A stretch of 63,823 bases of DNA, filler included, from Octopus bimaculoides (taxonomy: Eukaryota): the NCBI RefSeq assembly GCF_001194135.2. It is 5 parts of 5 records of this genome, joined end to end, with 100 filler letters (N's around TTAATTAATTAA, not from the genome) between each part and the next. Parts side by side here need not be neighbours in the genome. Positions count along the whole stretch, not along the records: positions 1 to 16,581 come from NC_068989.1; positions 16,682 to 39,459 come from NC_068981.1; 3 more parts are not named here. One strand, 5' to 3'. Each line of letters opens with the position of its first letter. Within the stretch, counting starts at the first letter, position 1. Both the position numbers and the translations under genes were made by a program. Below the pieces are notes generated by a model. The model had not been told where the DNA came from. It made no database searches and saw only the letters and a program-made list of their open reading frames with translations. Below are positions 13,922-27,007 of the stretch, piece after piece.

Positions 13922-14110
13922 TCTCTTTTATCTGTACCAGTCATTGGACTGCGTCCATGTAGGGTACCGCCTTGAAAGGCTTACTCAAACAAATCGGCCT
14001 AGTGCTTGATGTTATCTTTTTTTTTTATTTAAGTCTATCTTTCCCTCTCACTGAACTGGTATGTGACCGGTTTTCAAGCGGTGGTGAAAATGAACACACA
14101 CACACAAGCA
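13922..14110 (-). mobile_element. SINE 3' fragment (CR1-like tail)
   Basis: Reverse complement reads GGCGGTACCCTACATGGACGCAGTCCAATGACTGG..AAAAGAG. Confidence 0.6.
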
Positions 14111-15599
14111 CATAAACATATATATANNNNNNNNNNNNNNNNNNNNNNNNNNNNNNNNNNNNNNNNNNNNNNNNNNNNNNNNNNNNNNNNNNNNNNNNNN
14201 NNNNNNNNNNNNNNNNNNNNNNNNNTATATATATATATATGCATACATACATATATATAAATATGTAGAGAGAGAGGGGGAGAGAGAGAGAGAAAGAGAG
14301 GGGTAGAATATAAAGTAAGTCGAGAGGTATGAGATAGATATATCCATTTTTCACCTGTTGATATCCATAGGGTGACAGCCGTTTCGTAACCAACATCATG
14401 AAAAAATTATCTAATTTTTTCTGTATGGTAAATTTACGTCTGCACCAGTGTGTATGCTCATCAGCAGAATATTATGGTTACATCAGTTTTTCTATTCCAG
14501 TATACACATTCATTTTCAAATTTTTAATGTACAGAAGACAATAATTAATTTTTGAAAAAATTACTGTTGAGGCGAAGAAAAGAGATTTTGTAAGATAAAA
14601 GGAAATTATAAGTAGTGGTAATGAATGTGAAAATGATGTATATATTTCGTGCTAGATCATCAGGCTGAACACGATAAGAACGATTTAAAATTTCCTAGTA
14701 ACTAGAATACCGAAATCTTGAAATTCCATTCATTCAGATCACCGAATTTTGTAATATTTACGAGTGAAATATGAAATTCGAGATTAAGAAACATTATTTA
14801 GAGTTTTAAAATGGCTTTACTGGAGAAACATACAGTATAACATATTTTCATTTTTTAATTATGCATTCTCGCAATAACTATTTTAAAAGAAAATCGCTCT
14901 TTAAAACATATAATTGCAGAGTTTATTTGTGAAACATAACACTCTTTTTTATTATGCTACGTCAAAATGATTATTTTAAGAGGGGAAATAAGAACAATGG
15001 TCTTAAAAACGTTTATTTATAGTTTAAAAGAGATGCTTCAATGGGAGACATTTAAACATGTCTTCTCTTATTCTGTTCTGTCAAAATAAAATAGGCAAGG
15101 GCCATAATAGTGAGCATATTTATAACAATATAATACTAATAAATGCATATTATAGGGATACGCTATCAGAGAGAAGCGGTAATTTTAATAGTTCATTTAT
15201 CGAATACTTCTTTCCTATAAAACTGTGTATTTTTTTAATTATTTATTTCCAAACGTATTGTATTTATAATGTGTTGTATAGATTGTTAGAGCTACGTAGG
15301 TTTATCGAATGGTGGAGAGAGTAAATAAAACGGTTGATAAATGCTATACTCCAGTAATATCTATCAAAGATGAATATTTAATTGTTTACACTTGTATGTT
15401 TGTGTCGTTGTGTATGTATATGTATTGCTTTTGTATACCTGTGTGCACGCACACAAATAGACACACTCACACACACATACAATACACAGGCAAACATGCT
15501 GATACACACACATACATATATGTATGTATGTAAATGTAGGTGAGAGTGTGGATGAGTGTGTACGTGTGTGTGTGTGGACATGTATACCTAGGCATAATT

Positions 15600-15799
15600 G
15601 CGTTTAGATATGTAACTTTATATACGCATGCGAATATATAATGTGCGTATGTATATGCACAAGCGTCTGCACCATCGCATACATATGCAGATATGTATGA
15701 ATATGCGTGGGTCTATGTTGTACATATCCACGCACATACTCGGTTGAATGTCTGTCTGTTTGTGTGCATGGGTATGTGTGTGTATTTATATATGTGTGT

Positions 15800-15830
<31 letters not shown>

Positions 15831-15832
15831 AA

Positions 15833-15897
<65 letters not shown>

Positions 15898-15918
15898 ATA
15901 CATACATGTATGTATATA

Positions 15919-15952
<34 letters not shown>

Positions 15953-16056
15953 CATATATATATACATGTATATATATATATTTATATATACATACATACA
16001 TACACACTCATTTATACATATATATATTTATATATATACATATATATATATGTATG

Positions 16057-16094
<38 letters not shown>

Positions 16095-16255
16095 TGAGTG
16101 AGAGAGTGAGAGAGTGAGAGAGTGGGTGAGTGAGAGAGTGAGTGAGTGAGTGAGTGAGTATGTATGTATACAGCGCCTGTATGAATGCATTTGTTAATAT
16201 GGCATTTCCTGTTACGCAGTCGCTGATAAGAGTTTGATAGTGCAATACGTGTATG

Positions 16256-16290
<35 letters not shown>
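15600..16290. repeat. large compound (TA)/(TG)/(GTGA) microsatellite block
   Basis: Direct reading. Confidence 0.95.
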
Positions 16291-16293
<3 letters not shown>

Positions 16294-16581
16294 GGTGTGT
16301 GCAATGTGGTTGTTATAGTTACGTTGACCTTCTACTTGCTCTGATTTATCGTTTACAAAACAGCAGAAATAACACCGTACACTCATCAGCAAATTTGAAA
16401 TAACAAACTGGGACAAAGCGTTTATAGTCTGTCGAAGTATTCGTTGAGCAGGTGTTTACAGATACAGCTTATAATGATGGTTGGTCTGTGTAGTAGTAGG
16501 AGGAGGAGGAGGAGGAGGAGAATGATCATTGAACTTTGAGCCTCACTGAAGCAATGACTAGTAACCGAGACCCTTGGCGGT

Positions 16582-16681
16582 NNNNNNNNNNNNNNNNNNN
16601 NNNNNNNNNNNNNNNNNNNNNNNNNTTAATTAATTAANNNNNNNNNNNNNNNNNNNNNNNNNNNNNNNNNNNNNNNNNNNN
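16582..16681. other. artificial scaffold join (44 N + TTAATTAATTAA + 44 N)
   Basis: Exactly 100 bp; the linker has stops in all six frames. The same structure recurs at 39460, 52716 and 61913. Confidence 0.9.
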
Positions 16682-16689
16682 TATTTATC

Positions 16690-16850
16690 TATTTATTTAT
16701 CTATTTATTTATTATATCTTTCTCCGTTTTCTTCCTCTGTTTAGACGAACTTTCCTACCTTTTCGGACAAAACCTTTTGTAACCTTCGTCCTGTCTTTGT
16801 CCTTATATGTTTTTAATTGATATTAGCCCTTGTGGCCAATAAAACGAATT
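16690..16850 (+). mobile_element. probable Tx1/L1-like LINE 3' tail followed by (ATT)n (16851-16925)
   Basis: Pyrimidine-rich UTR ending CCCTTGTGGCCAATAAAA, similar to CCCTGGTGGACAATAAAA at the end of the 29548-31328 element. Confidence 0.55.
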
Positions 16851-16851
16851 A

Positions 16852-16925
<74 letters not shown>

Positions 16926-17299
16926 CTCTTTATTGGAATATACTTTTATTCTGTCCTTAATTGAAAATGAAGCTTCTATTATTTTCAGTTATTGTGTTTG
17001 ATATCATTTGTCTGTTGATGATATTTTATCATGAATTTTTTTTTCTCCGTTCTAGCTTCTTTCCAGAGCCGCGCAATGTTGACAAGAAATTGATATCCCG
17101 TTCAATAGACCATCCTCGGTTTGTATATACATTTGATATTTTTTTGCTAAAAATATATTAGTATGTCTCAGATATTTTTATATTTTCGTAGAGGTTTTGC
17201 TGGTAAAGTTTTAATGAAATGTAAATCAGTTAATGATAAATATCTAATATTTTGCAACAGCATACTTTATATTCTGCATCTGTTTATTTCATATTTTAT

Positions 17300-17620
17300 G
17301 TGAAACCGCGTGGGTTAGTGATTAGAGTATTTTGCTAACGGTCGTAAGTTCATGAATTCGAATCCTGGCGACGCGTTGTGTCGTTGAGCAAAGCACTTTA
17401 TTTCACGTTGCTCCAGTCGACTCAACTGGCAAAAATGAATTGCACCTGTAATTCAAATGGCCAGCCTTGCCTTATTTTATGTTGTATCTCCTTGAAAACT
17501 ACGATAAGGACACGTGTGCTTGTGGAGCGCTCAGACGCTTGCACATTGATTTCAGGAGCAGCCTGTTCTGTTGATCGGGCCAACTGAAACCCTCACTGTC
17601 GTCACCGACGGAGTGCTATA
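17300..17620 (+). mobile_element. tRNA-derived SINE (body B + tail Y)
   Basis: B box TTCGAATCC and body TTGAGCAAAGCACTTTATTTCACGTTGCTCCAGTC. The tail ACCTGTAATTCAAA..GACGGAGTGC is homologous to that of 8928-9319. Confidence 0.8.
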
Positions 17621-18344
17621 ATTTAATATTTTGTGACTATCCTTAAAAAAAAAAAACTTTCCTACGTTTGTCATATTTCCTGGATTGCGCTTCCAAATAG
17701 TCGGCTGCTGTTCTGAGAATTTAGTTCAAGAAGTCAACAAGAGACAACGATTTCATAATTTCTAGAGTATAGGTAATTACAATGTGCAAAACGCTTCGCT
17801 CTATAACTAAAAAAAAAAGAAAAGCATTTCAAGCAAGCTATGTGATTTGTTTCCAGCAGTAATTAGCTACAATTCTCTAAAGACTGAATATTTTTACTAA
17901 ATTTATATTTGATTCGAGATGCGACTAATTAGTTAAATGAAACCTAATTACATATCGTCTATTGTCCATCATATAATTTTGCAAAGCTACAATCGTATAT
18001 AGAATTCATAATTCGGTCAGTGCATCTTTAACAAATTACAATAACCATTTATTCTCTATCGTAGATATTGATTAAGCGATATTGTCTTTTGTGATTAAAA
18101 CGAAAACCGAAACAATTTTACATTAGCATCGATTAAATATAGGACCCTCTTTCCACTCTTTCCATATACTGGAGTATAATCAAAAGAATTTGCCGTAACA
18201 ATTGATGTGACGATTAATAAAGATTTATTCATGTCTCTCTTGCTCTCGATCTGTTTCTTTCCGTTTGTATTTCTCTATCCATATGTGCGCTGTATACATA
18301 TATAAATTTCTATACGTACATACATATATATATTTATATATATA

Positions 18345-18560
18345 GTCAATTCAAATAAACAAACAATTCAAATACACGGATAAAAAACGAAAAAAAGAAG
18401 AAAACCAACGAATGTGACGACGTGCGCAAGACGTGTATTAGTTTGACACTCAGTGAAAGGAGAGAGTAACGTTTCCAGCATAGCTCTTCGTCGGAAAGGA
18501 GACAGGGAAAAGTCTAAAGAGGAGAAGAAATCGCCAATGAGCCACGTGTAGTCACACTGC
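18345..18560 (-). mobile_element. short HHR-bearing element in TA-rich tract (decayed copy of the 62880-63090 family)
   Basis: Same ATATATAGTCAATTCA boundary. The minus strand reads CCGACGAAGAGCTATGCTGGAAACGTT, a mutated hammerhead core (about 18465-18498). Confidence 0.55.
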
Positions 18561-20165
18561 TGAAGTACACACACACACACACGCACACATGTATGTATAG
18601 TCACAGTATATAGTAGAAACAATAAAAAATCATGTTAATTTGAGTTTCCGATATACTCCAGTGAAAATTCGTATTGAATTAAATCAAATCTCAACTTCTT
18701 AAAATCAGCAGGCATACTACGACCCAATCTCACCAATTTTACGTATGAAGAAAGTGGATCTACTTCAGCATTCAACAAACCTCCGGTACCCCGCAAAAAT
18801 TATATCGGAATTATATCGGGTATACATCCACTGTTTGCTAAATGCCAAGACTAGTATTCGTCTGCCTTCCTATAGCTAAGACGTAATCGCTTTCTCATAA
18901 GCATACAAACTATTAGTTAATAAGAAGAATAGTATTACATCTACTTCTAACATATGAAAAATAATTTCGCATAAACTTATACTATTATATCCATGAGAAA
19001 AGGTATGTCCAGTAGATGGATCCTGTAAAACAAAGGCGATTATATTTAATGCAGAAATTACAGCAGACTAACTCTGTTATATTGGCATAATAGAAGGATA
19101 ATTCAAAAAAAGATATAGCTGTGTCACACTTTAACATTCAAAAACTTGAGTAAGGTGCTGCACAGTGAGGCACTAAAGTAGTGTCACAATTATAATGTAA
19201 CGTTGTGGTCTACAATATCAACGAGAGGATCGAGATGAGACGCAAACCTTATGTAAATAGTAACCAAGTTTGTAGGTCCTCTTCCCAACTACCTAGAACT
19301 AAGGCTAATTCAAATGCTAAGAGCGAGACATAGCCAACATCTGCCCACAATTCAATAAGTGCATGCTGAGATTTTGGTGGCCATCAACATGACAGCGGGA
19401 TAGCATTCGGTACTAGGCTGAATCGCAGTACAGTAGAGAATTAGGCATTGTTATTCTAATGTTCCATTTCTCTTTCATTTTACTAATTGCAGCATTATAT
19501 TTTAAATCAAAATGCCATGTTTTCAATTCTCTGGGTTTTTTCCTGTCACACATCATTTCAATTCACAAATTTCCTTGTTTATTGACCATAACAGTAATTC
19601 TCTTTTTCGATTTATTACCCAGTAATCAATAATTTTTATTATTATACTCTCAGTAAATTTTTTACCAATAATTTTATTCAAATTTATTTTGTATCCATCA
19701 TTTTTTATCAACTTTTATTTTTCATCACTATTATTAAAAAAAAACAGTTACGTTCGTACTTATTAGATTTTGTAATTACTTTCACACCACTCCTCTATTT
19801 TAACTTTAATGATGTGTTTATAGCTAATCTTGTTTGGTACTCGCTGTCAAATTATTTCCTTTAAAAGCTGCTATGCAATTTAGACAAATTTTTGTATACT
19901 TTGTATATTTCGAATATATTTGTATATATACGAACGGTTTTCTCTATATAGAGTGAAGACTGGGTCGAAATATATCTGGCAGTTTCAAACTATTGATAGT
20001 GTAAATTGAATGCAATTAATACGTATCGAACAGTTATAATCTGTGATGTAATAGCCTTATTTATTTGTGTTTATGAGTGGTACGTGTGGACGCTTGGGTT
20101 TGATTACACGTATTTGTATGTAGGTGAATTTATATACATATCTAGTTAAAATTTTATATATACAT

Positions 20166-20430
20166 TTAGTTCAAATTATTTACATTTGACGGATATTCGT
20201 CCTCATCTTGTTTGTTGTTAACACAACGTTTCGGCTGATATAGCCTCCAGCCTTCGTCAGGTGTCTTGGGGAAATTTCGAACCTGGGTTCTCATTCCTAT
20301 CGATGTTACTATTATTATTATTATATTATTTTTATTATTATTATTACAATTATTAATCAGGTCGCTGCCGTGAATCGAACTCGGAACCTTGGGGTTAGTA
20401 GCCCGCACTCTTAACTGCTACGCCATATGC
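20166..20430 (-). mobile_element. tRNA-headed SINE with (AAT)n linker and hammerhead-containing tail
   Basis: Head GGCATATGGCGTAGCAGTTAAG..GAGTTCGATTC (A and B boxes), then (AAT)n, then a tail shared with 45770-45970 and 46440-46572. Confidence 0.85.
20220..20265 (-). ncRNA. minimal type I hammerhead ribozyme motif
   Basis: GACAC-CUGACGA-A-GGCUG(GAGGCUAUAU)CAGCC-GAAA-CG-UU/GUGUU. Stem I is 5 bp, stem II 5 bp, stem III is the palindrome AACGUU, and the cleavage triplet is GUU. Confidence 0.7.
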
Positions 20431-21456
20431 CCGTGGGAAATTATGGGGTGAATTTTAAGGCTTATAAATCTATTATTTTTCTATCCTTNNNNNNNNNNNN
20501 NNNNNNNNNNNNNNNNNNNNNNNNNNNNNNNNNNNNNNNNNNNNNNNNNNNNNNNNNNNNNNNNNNNNNNNNNNNNNNNNNNNNNNNNNNNNNNNNNNNN
20601 NNNNNNNNNNNNNNNNNNNNNNNNNNNNNNNNNNNNNNNNNNNNNNNNNNNNNNNNNNNNNNNNNNNNNNNNNNNNNNNNNNNNNNNNNNNNNNNNNNNN
20701 NNNNNNNNNNNNNNNNNNNNNNNNNNNNNNNNNNNNNNNNNNNNNNNNNNNNNNNNNNNNNNNNNNNNNNNNNNNNNNNNNNNNNNNNNNNNNNNNNNNN
20801 NNNNNNNNNNNNNNNNNNNNNNNNNNNNNNNNNNNNNNNNNNNNNNNNNNNNNNNNNNNNNNNNNNNNNNNNNNNNNNNNNNNNNNNNNNNNNNNNNNNN
20901 NNNNNNNNNNNNNNNNNNNNNNNNNNNNNNNNNNNNNNNNNNNNNNNNNNNNNNNNNNNNNNNNNNNNNNNNNNNNNNNNNNNNNNNNNNNNNNNNNNNN
21001 NNNNNNNNNNNNNNNNNNNNNNNNNNNNNNNNNNNNNNNNNNNNNNNNNNNNNNNNNNNNNNNNNNNNNNNNNNNNNNNNNNNNNNNNNNNNNNNNNNNN
21101 NNNNNNNNNNNNNNNNNNNNNNNNNNNNNNNNNNNNNNNNNNNNNNNNNNNNNNNNNNNNNNNNNNNNNNNNNNNNNNNNNNNNNNNNNNNNNNNNNNNN
21201 NNNNNNNNNNNNNNNNNNNNNNNNNNNNNNNNNNNNNNNNNNNNNNNNNNNNNNNNNNNNNNNNNNNNNNNNNNNNNNNNNNNNNNNNNNNNNNNNNNNN
21301 NNNNNNNNNNNNNNNNNNNNNNNNNNNNNNNNNNNNNNNNNNNNNNNNNNNNNNNNNNNNNNNNNNNNNNNNNNNNNNNNNNNNNNNNNNNNNNNNNNNN
21401 NNNNNNNNNNNNNNNNNNNNNNNNNNNNNNNNNNNNNNNNNNNNNNNNNNNNNNNN

Positions 21457-21524
<68 letters not shown>

Positions 21525-21529
<5 letters not shown>

Positions 21530-21780
21530 TAAATGGTGAAGACTCTCTTCGGTTATGAATGACCATATGGGATTGCACTTAGAAAGTTCCCCTCCGAGGC
21601 ACCGATGTTATCCAAGGGAAAGACAAAAGCCGATACAGTTTGGCACAAGTGACGTCGCAATTCATTTCTACAGCTGAGTGAACTGGAGCAACGTGAAACA
21701 AAGTGTCCAGCTCAATTATACAACACACATCTCTGTCTGAGAATCTAACTCGTTGCCTTATGACTGTCTGAGCAACTGGT
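21525..21780 (-). mobile_element. tRNA-derived SINE (body B + tail Z)
   Basis: Body B (CACTTTGTTTCACGTTGCTCCAGTTCACTCAGCTGTAGAAATG) is followed by a different tail ..GCAATCCCATATGGTCATTCAT. Confidence 0.65.
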
Positions 21781-22197
21781 TGTTTTAATGGCGGAACAAA
21801 CAGGACATTAAAGATTACAAAAATAGTGATTCTCACTTTTAAACCAACGATTTTGAAAATCTCTTTAGATTACGGGAGAAATATCTCATGTAAGCATTTG
21901 GTATCAACTAGTTGATGTGCAAGGTTTTGTCATCCATTCGAATGACTTACTTTGGAATGTAATCTAACATCTAAGAATAATATTTGCAATGTCCTTCGTA
22001 AGTCAACAGGTTGTAAAATGTACAGAATGATTGGGATTTTGATGCATATTTCGCAATTTCAATCTAATGTGCCTTGCAATTTGATGACTGGCTGGTCTTG
22101 ATGACTCGCAGATCTAGAAAGTTTGAGAGGTTTGTTGCAGTTGCGTGCCTTGGCGTTTTTTTAATGAATAAAATGAATAAAATATGCAGAGAGCATT

Positions 22198-22325
22198 TAG
22201 GCAGCGAGTTGGCAGAATCGTTGGCACGTCTGGCACAAAAAATGCTTAGCGGCATTTCGTCCATTTTCAAAGTATCACCATGGCCAACTTGGCTTTTCAA
22301 CCCTTTCAGGATCGATAAAATAAGA
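22198..22325 (+). mobile_element. short SINE (GAGCTGGCAGAA-head family), internally deleted
   Basis: GGCAGCGAGTTGGCAGAATCGTTGGCACG..ATGCTTAGCGGCATTTCGTCC..GATCGATAAAATAAG. Confidence 0.65.
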
Positions 22326-23475
22326 ACGAGATGAATAAAATGATTACCATATCATGACTTATATCAAGCAGCATCATATTTAACTATCCAAGTGAACGTT
22401 TCGAAGTTACTCCCTGAAATTATTTTTTCGTTTTCTATTTCTGTATGCATAGCTTTAACAAATACGTTTAGAAAACTAATGAAACTCCATCGGCCATTAA
22501 GGAACAGAATAAGAAAGAGTGAACGAGAGAGAGATGGGAAGAAGAGTAACTAATGTTTCAATGTGCATTTGAAAGAGATCCGACAATTCTTCTATGTTTC
22601 ATCTCCTTAAAACATTGTTTATCAGAGCTTGTTCAACTCATCCCAATCTTCCCTCTTCCCTCCAACTCTTCCTCTTTAAGTCTCTCACTTTAACTGTAAT
22701 TATTTCGCAAAGATTTCTTAATACAGCTTGTGGGATTAATACAGCTTCTGTGATAACTTGTAAATAACATTCGAGCATGTGATCACAGTATGGGTTTTTC
22801 CGATAAATGTTTATTTTTCTCCTATGTAATCCATGCAGAATAATCAAAACCAATGAGATTTCTGTTACAAAGCATTTTAAAAGAAGGAACAAAGAATATC
22901 CTTTTAGAATTTTAATAAATCCATTCGATATGGATGTAATAAGATCGGAAGTGTTAGAGTATTTAGCTTTGCTTTTCTCCATGATGACAATTATTGATTT
23001 TAGATCTTTTAAAAAAATATTTTTTTATATTTTTTAAAGTTCTTCAATAATATGAAATGCTTCCTTTGGAAATATGTGAATCCGAGCCACCCTTTTGCTA
23101 TAAACGGAATGTAATTTAATTTGGTTCATAAGCGTTATTTAAAACGATGAATGTAATTACTATTCTGTAAATTCAAAACATTATTAATACTGTGTAATCA
23201 ATTATACTTTTTTTTTGTTATCAACCTTTTTACAAAAATTGTAAATAAAACCATTAATACATGCATGTCTGTGTGTGAGTGCGTGTATATTTATGTCTGC
23301 ATACATGTGAAATGTGGGTGTCGATGGAAATCACACGTGGTACGCTTGGCAAACATAGTGTGAATTCCATAAGTACATTATTTGCAGTGTTTATGAGAAT
23401 ATAGAAAACTGCGTTAATGCCTTTGTTTTACACACATGTACGCATACGCACACACGCAGGCAAATACACACACAT

Positions 23476-23513
<38 letters not shown>

Positions 23514-23644
23514 ACAGATAGACGCACAAACTAAAAATTAGCTTGCTAGCTTGACATGCACGTGTGTACCATACATGTACAGATACGTATATGCAGGCAC
23601 ATACATACCTATATACATAATACATACATACATACATACATTTG

Positions 23645-23678
<34 letters not shown>

Positions 23679-24456
23679 ATAACTTGCGGTTCAAGTATAT
23701 GGTGCCATGATTGCTTTGGAAGAATGTAGAGTGATAACATCTAGTTCTCTCCCCGATTCTACTTGAAGAAATCCAAATGCACTCCTATCGATTATCAAGC
23801 GATAAACGAAAATTTAAGTCAGAGGCNNNNNNNNNNNNNNNNNNNNNNNNNNNNNNNNNNNNNNNNNNNNNNNNNNNNNNNNNNNNNNNNNNNNNNNNNN
23901 NNNNNNNNNNNNNNNNNNNNNNNNNNNNNNNNNNNNNNNNNNNNNNNNNNNNNNNNNNNNNNNNNNNNNNNNNNNNNNNNNNNNNNNNNNNNNNNNNNNN
24001 NNNNNNNNNNNNNNNNNNNNNNNNNNNNNNNNNNNNNNNNNNNNNNNNNNNNNNNNNNNNNNNNNNNNNNNNNNNNNNNNNNNNNNNNNNNNNNNNNNNN
24101 NNNNNNNNNNNNNNNNNNNNNNNNNNNNNNNNNNNNNNNNNNNNNNNNNNNNNNNNNNNNNNNNNNNNNNNNNNNNNNNNNNNNNNNNNNNNNNNNNNNN
24201 ATAAATATCGCCATCCGTTTTAGAGAAAAATTTGTAGTTTAGAATCAGTAGTTCTTTGACTGCTATTTCTAAATTTTCAGTATGTTGGAGAAGCAACTCA
24301 ATTGCTAATCCCTGTATATTTATGATGATAAATGGTCTTACCGATAAAGGTTTTTTTCATACTGAACTACTTGGCAAAATTGTTAATTATTAATTCTATT
24401 ATTAATTGACGATTCCATGCCCTTATTCTTGTATATTGTATATATATATATTTATA

Positions 24457-25690
24457 CAGGGTCTTGCAGATAAATTGAGACAATTTTTCCGATACATAAA
24501 ACTGGTTATAATTACTAAAATAATGGTTGTAGACAGATACAATTTTAATGTAACATTTATTACAACTAAACATTTATCACTTAATATGGCCGCCATTTTG
24601 GGCAATTAATGCCTCCACACGAGAACGAAATTTTTGGCAGCTGCCGTAAACTTCACCTTTTTGATTTTGCGTGTCGCACGCATGATGCAGGTCTTGAAAC
24701 TGTTGACACTCGAGTGAAGCATTGATCCTTGCTTGAAGTACACCCCATAAAAAGTAATCGAGAAGGTTGAGATCTGGGCTATTACTGGGCCAGATTTTGG
24801 CCCTCCCAAAATTGACACCTTCTCACCAAGGAAGGCCTGTGTTACTTTTGACCCATATGCTGAATCCTGGATAAGCATCACATTGTCAAACCCAAACTTT
24901 TGTTCCAACCAAGGCGCTAGAGTGTGCTTCAGGATCTCCAAATATTCCTTTGTACCGATTTGCAAGCCAGACTCAATGAAGTATGGATCCATGAGACTTC
25001 CATCACCCGCCACGACTCCAAATACCATCACAGAAGCAAGATTCCTAGTCTCAGACACAGTGGGGATTTCAGAAGGGTTGTATGCAATCACTCGAGAACT
25101 TCCGCGATTCACCTCAGCGTCCATAGTGAACTATTCTCGTCCACAAACATGAGTTTTTCCAGCACCTCGATGCTTGATGAATGACAAGATCTTTGGGGAT
25201 CTCCCTGCTCTGATTGCTTTGGCCTTGGCTGTTAGGAGGTGACAGCGTCGTCGAACATAGCTAGTCATACCGAGGTTCCTGTTTACAGTTCTAGACACCG
25301 TGGAAACGGACACATTGCGTTTCTTTGCAAGAGTTGTCATGAATGTGGTCGGGTTGGCTTCAATTGAGCGTTTGAGACAAGTGAGAAAATTTGCATTGCG
25401 CTTGGAATCACTTCGAGTTTTGTGTTCTTTCTATCAATCTTTCCTTCTTCTTTAAATTGTTTATACACACGCTGAACTGTTGCTTTTGGAAGTTTGGTCA
25501 ACTTAATTTTATTGACAATGATTGTCTTGGCAATATAATTTGAAGAACTATACATGAGATGTCCGCATGAGATTGAACATTGACAGCTGCAATGGGTATC
25601 AGAACAGTGATGGGCATCAAAACTGTCCCTCACTCTCCTTAGAATCCAGGCCTCGTTCCTTGTGATTTTGGAGTGTTCCCCTACATATAT
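24457..25690 (-). mobile_element. Tc1/mariner-superfamily (maT/DD37D-like) transposon, pseudogenised transposase
   Basis: ASVMVFGVVAGDG..PYFIESGLQIGTKEYLEIL...PWL...IQDSA catalytic region; HTH-like TTLAKKRNVSVSTVSRTV and TVQRVYKQFKEEG; TA followed by a CAGGGT.. TIR-like end at 24457. The other TIR is not clearly seen. Confidence 0.8.
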
Positions 25691-25813
25691 GTATATCATA
25701 TATACATGTGTGTATATATGATATATACATACGTGTATATATGTTTATATATATAAATATAATATGTATATACGATATATATGTATAGTATGTATGTATA
25801 TATAATATATATA

Positions 25814-25855
<42 letters not shown>

Positions 25856-25923
25856 TATAATATGTATGTATATATAATATATATATGTGTATGTATATAT
25901 ATATATAACATGTATATATAATA

Positions 25924-25962
<39 letters not shown>

Positions 25963-26400
25963 ATAATATATATGTGTGTATATATATAATCTGTATTTAC
26001 ATAATATATATATATATGTGTNNNNNNNNNNNNNNNNNNNNNNNNNNNNNNNNNNNNNNNNNNNNNNNNNNNNNNNNNNNNNNNNNNNNNNNNNNNNNNN
26101 NNNNNNNNNNNNNNNNNNNNNNNNNNNNNNNNNNNNNNNNNNNNNNNNNNNNNNNNNNNNNNNNNNNNNNNNNNNNNNNNNNNNNNNNNNNNNNNNNNNN
26201 NNNNNNNNNNNNNNNNNNNNNNNNNTATATATATGTGGTGCATATATATGTGTATATATATGTATATATATACACCTCTCGTATGTATTTATATAGTGAG
26301 AAAGAGAGAGAGAATGAAAGAGAGTAAAAAATATATGTATGCATGCATGTGTATATGTATGTATTTATGTCTGTATATATGTAAGTATATATGTATTTAT
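25690..26400. repeat. degenerate (TA)n/(TATG)n block with gap
   Basis: Direct reading. Confidence 0.9.
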
Positions 26401-26638
26401 GTACCTATTTTTGTGTGCATATGCACAGCATCTATTAACTCCCCGAAAGTAAATAATAACTTGGTCTATCAATTAGTGTTAAGGCGAAATATGACCAAAG
26501 CTAATGATTAACTTTTAAGGAACGCTGGAAACCAACCAACTTAACTCATATCACTGTTATCATTGTTGATAATTATTTCTTTTCTAATCGTTTGAATTGG
26601 AATAAAATGTGTATACTTACCTCAGTTACTTGAGAATA

Positions 26639-26848
26639 CAGTAATCCCTCGACTATGGCACGTGTTACGTTCTAAAACCCCACGTGATAGGTGAAAAGCA
26701 GCAAAGCAGAAACAGTAGTGTACTGTATATTTTATTATTATTATTTTTATAATTTATATATATTTATTTGATTTTAAATACAAAACAACACCACAGAGGA
26801 ATCGACGCAAGCTAAAATAATAAACCGCGATATTGCGAAGGATTGCTG
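26639..26848. mobile_element. pogo/Tigger-like MITE
   Basis: TA-CAGTAATCCCTCG... and ...CGAAGGATTGCTG-TA form imperfect TIRs with TA TSDs; about 210 bp. Confidence 0.7.
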
Positions 26849-27007
26849 TATACTGCAAAACATGTTCCAAATTCAAGCCAAGCATATAATTTTTCTTCTG
26901 TTGATTTCAGTATATATATTCCAGATTTCTGCAGTCTAAGTTCAAATCTCACTGTCTTCAAATTTACGTTTCTTTTATCTGGGGTTCATAAATGACTTAA
27001 CAGTCCA

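Noticed and set aside
14638-14665. Minus-strand CTGATGA...CGAAATATA
   Set aside because: Stems I and II do not pair; likely a chance match.
20427-21578. Long ORFs of 340-370 aa, and similar X-filled ORFs at 2134, 23763 and 62382
   Set aside because: They are open only because N runs contain no stops.
22638-22982. 114-aa minus-strand ORF
   Set aside because: No recognisable domain or splice context; a length compatible with chance or a decayed repeat.
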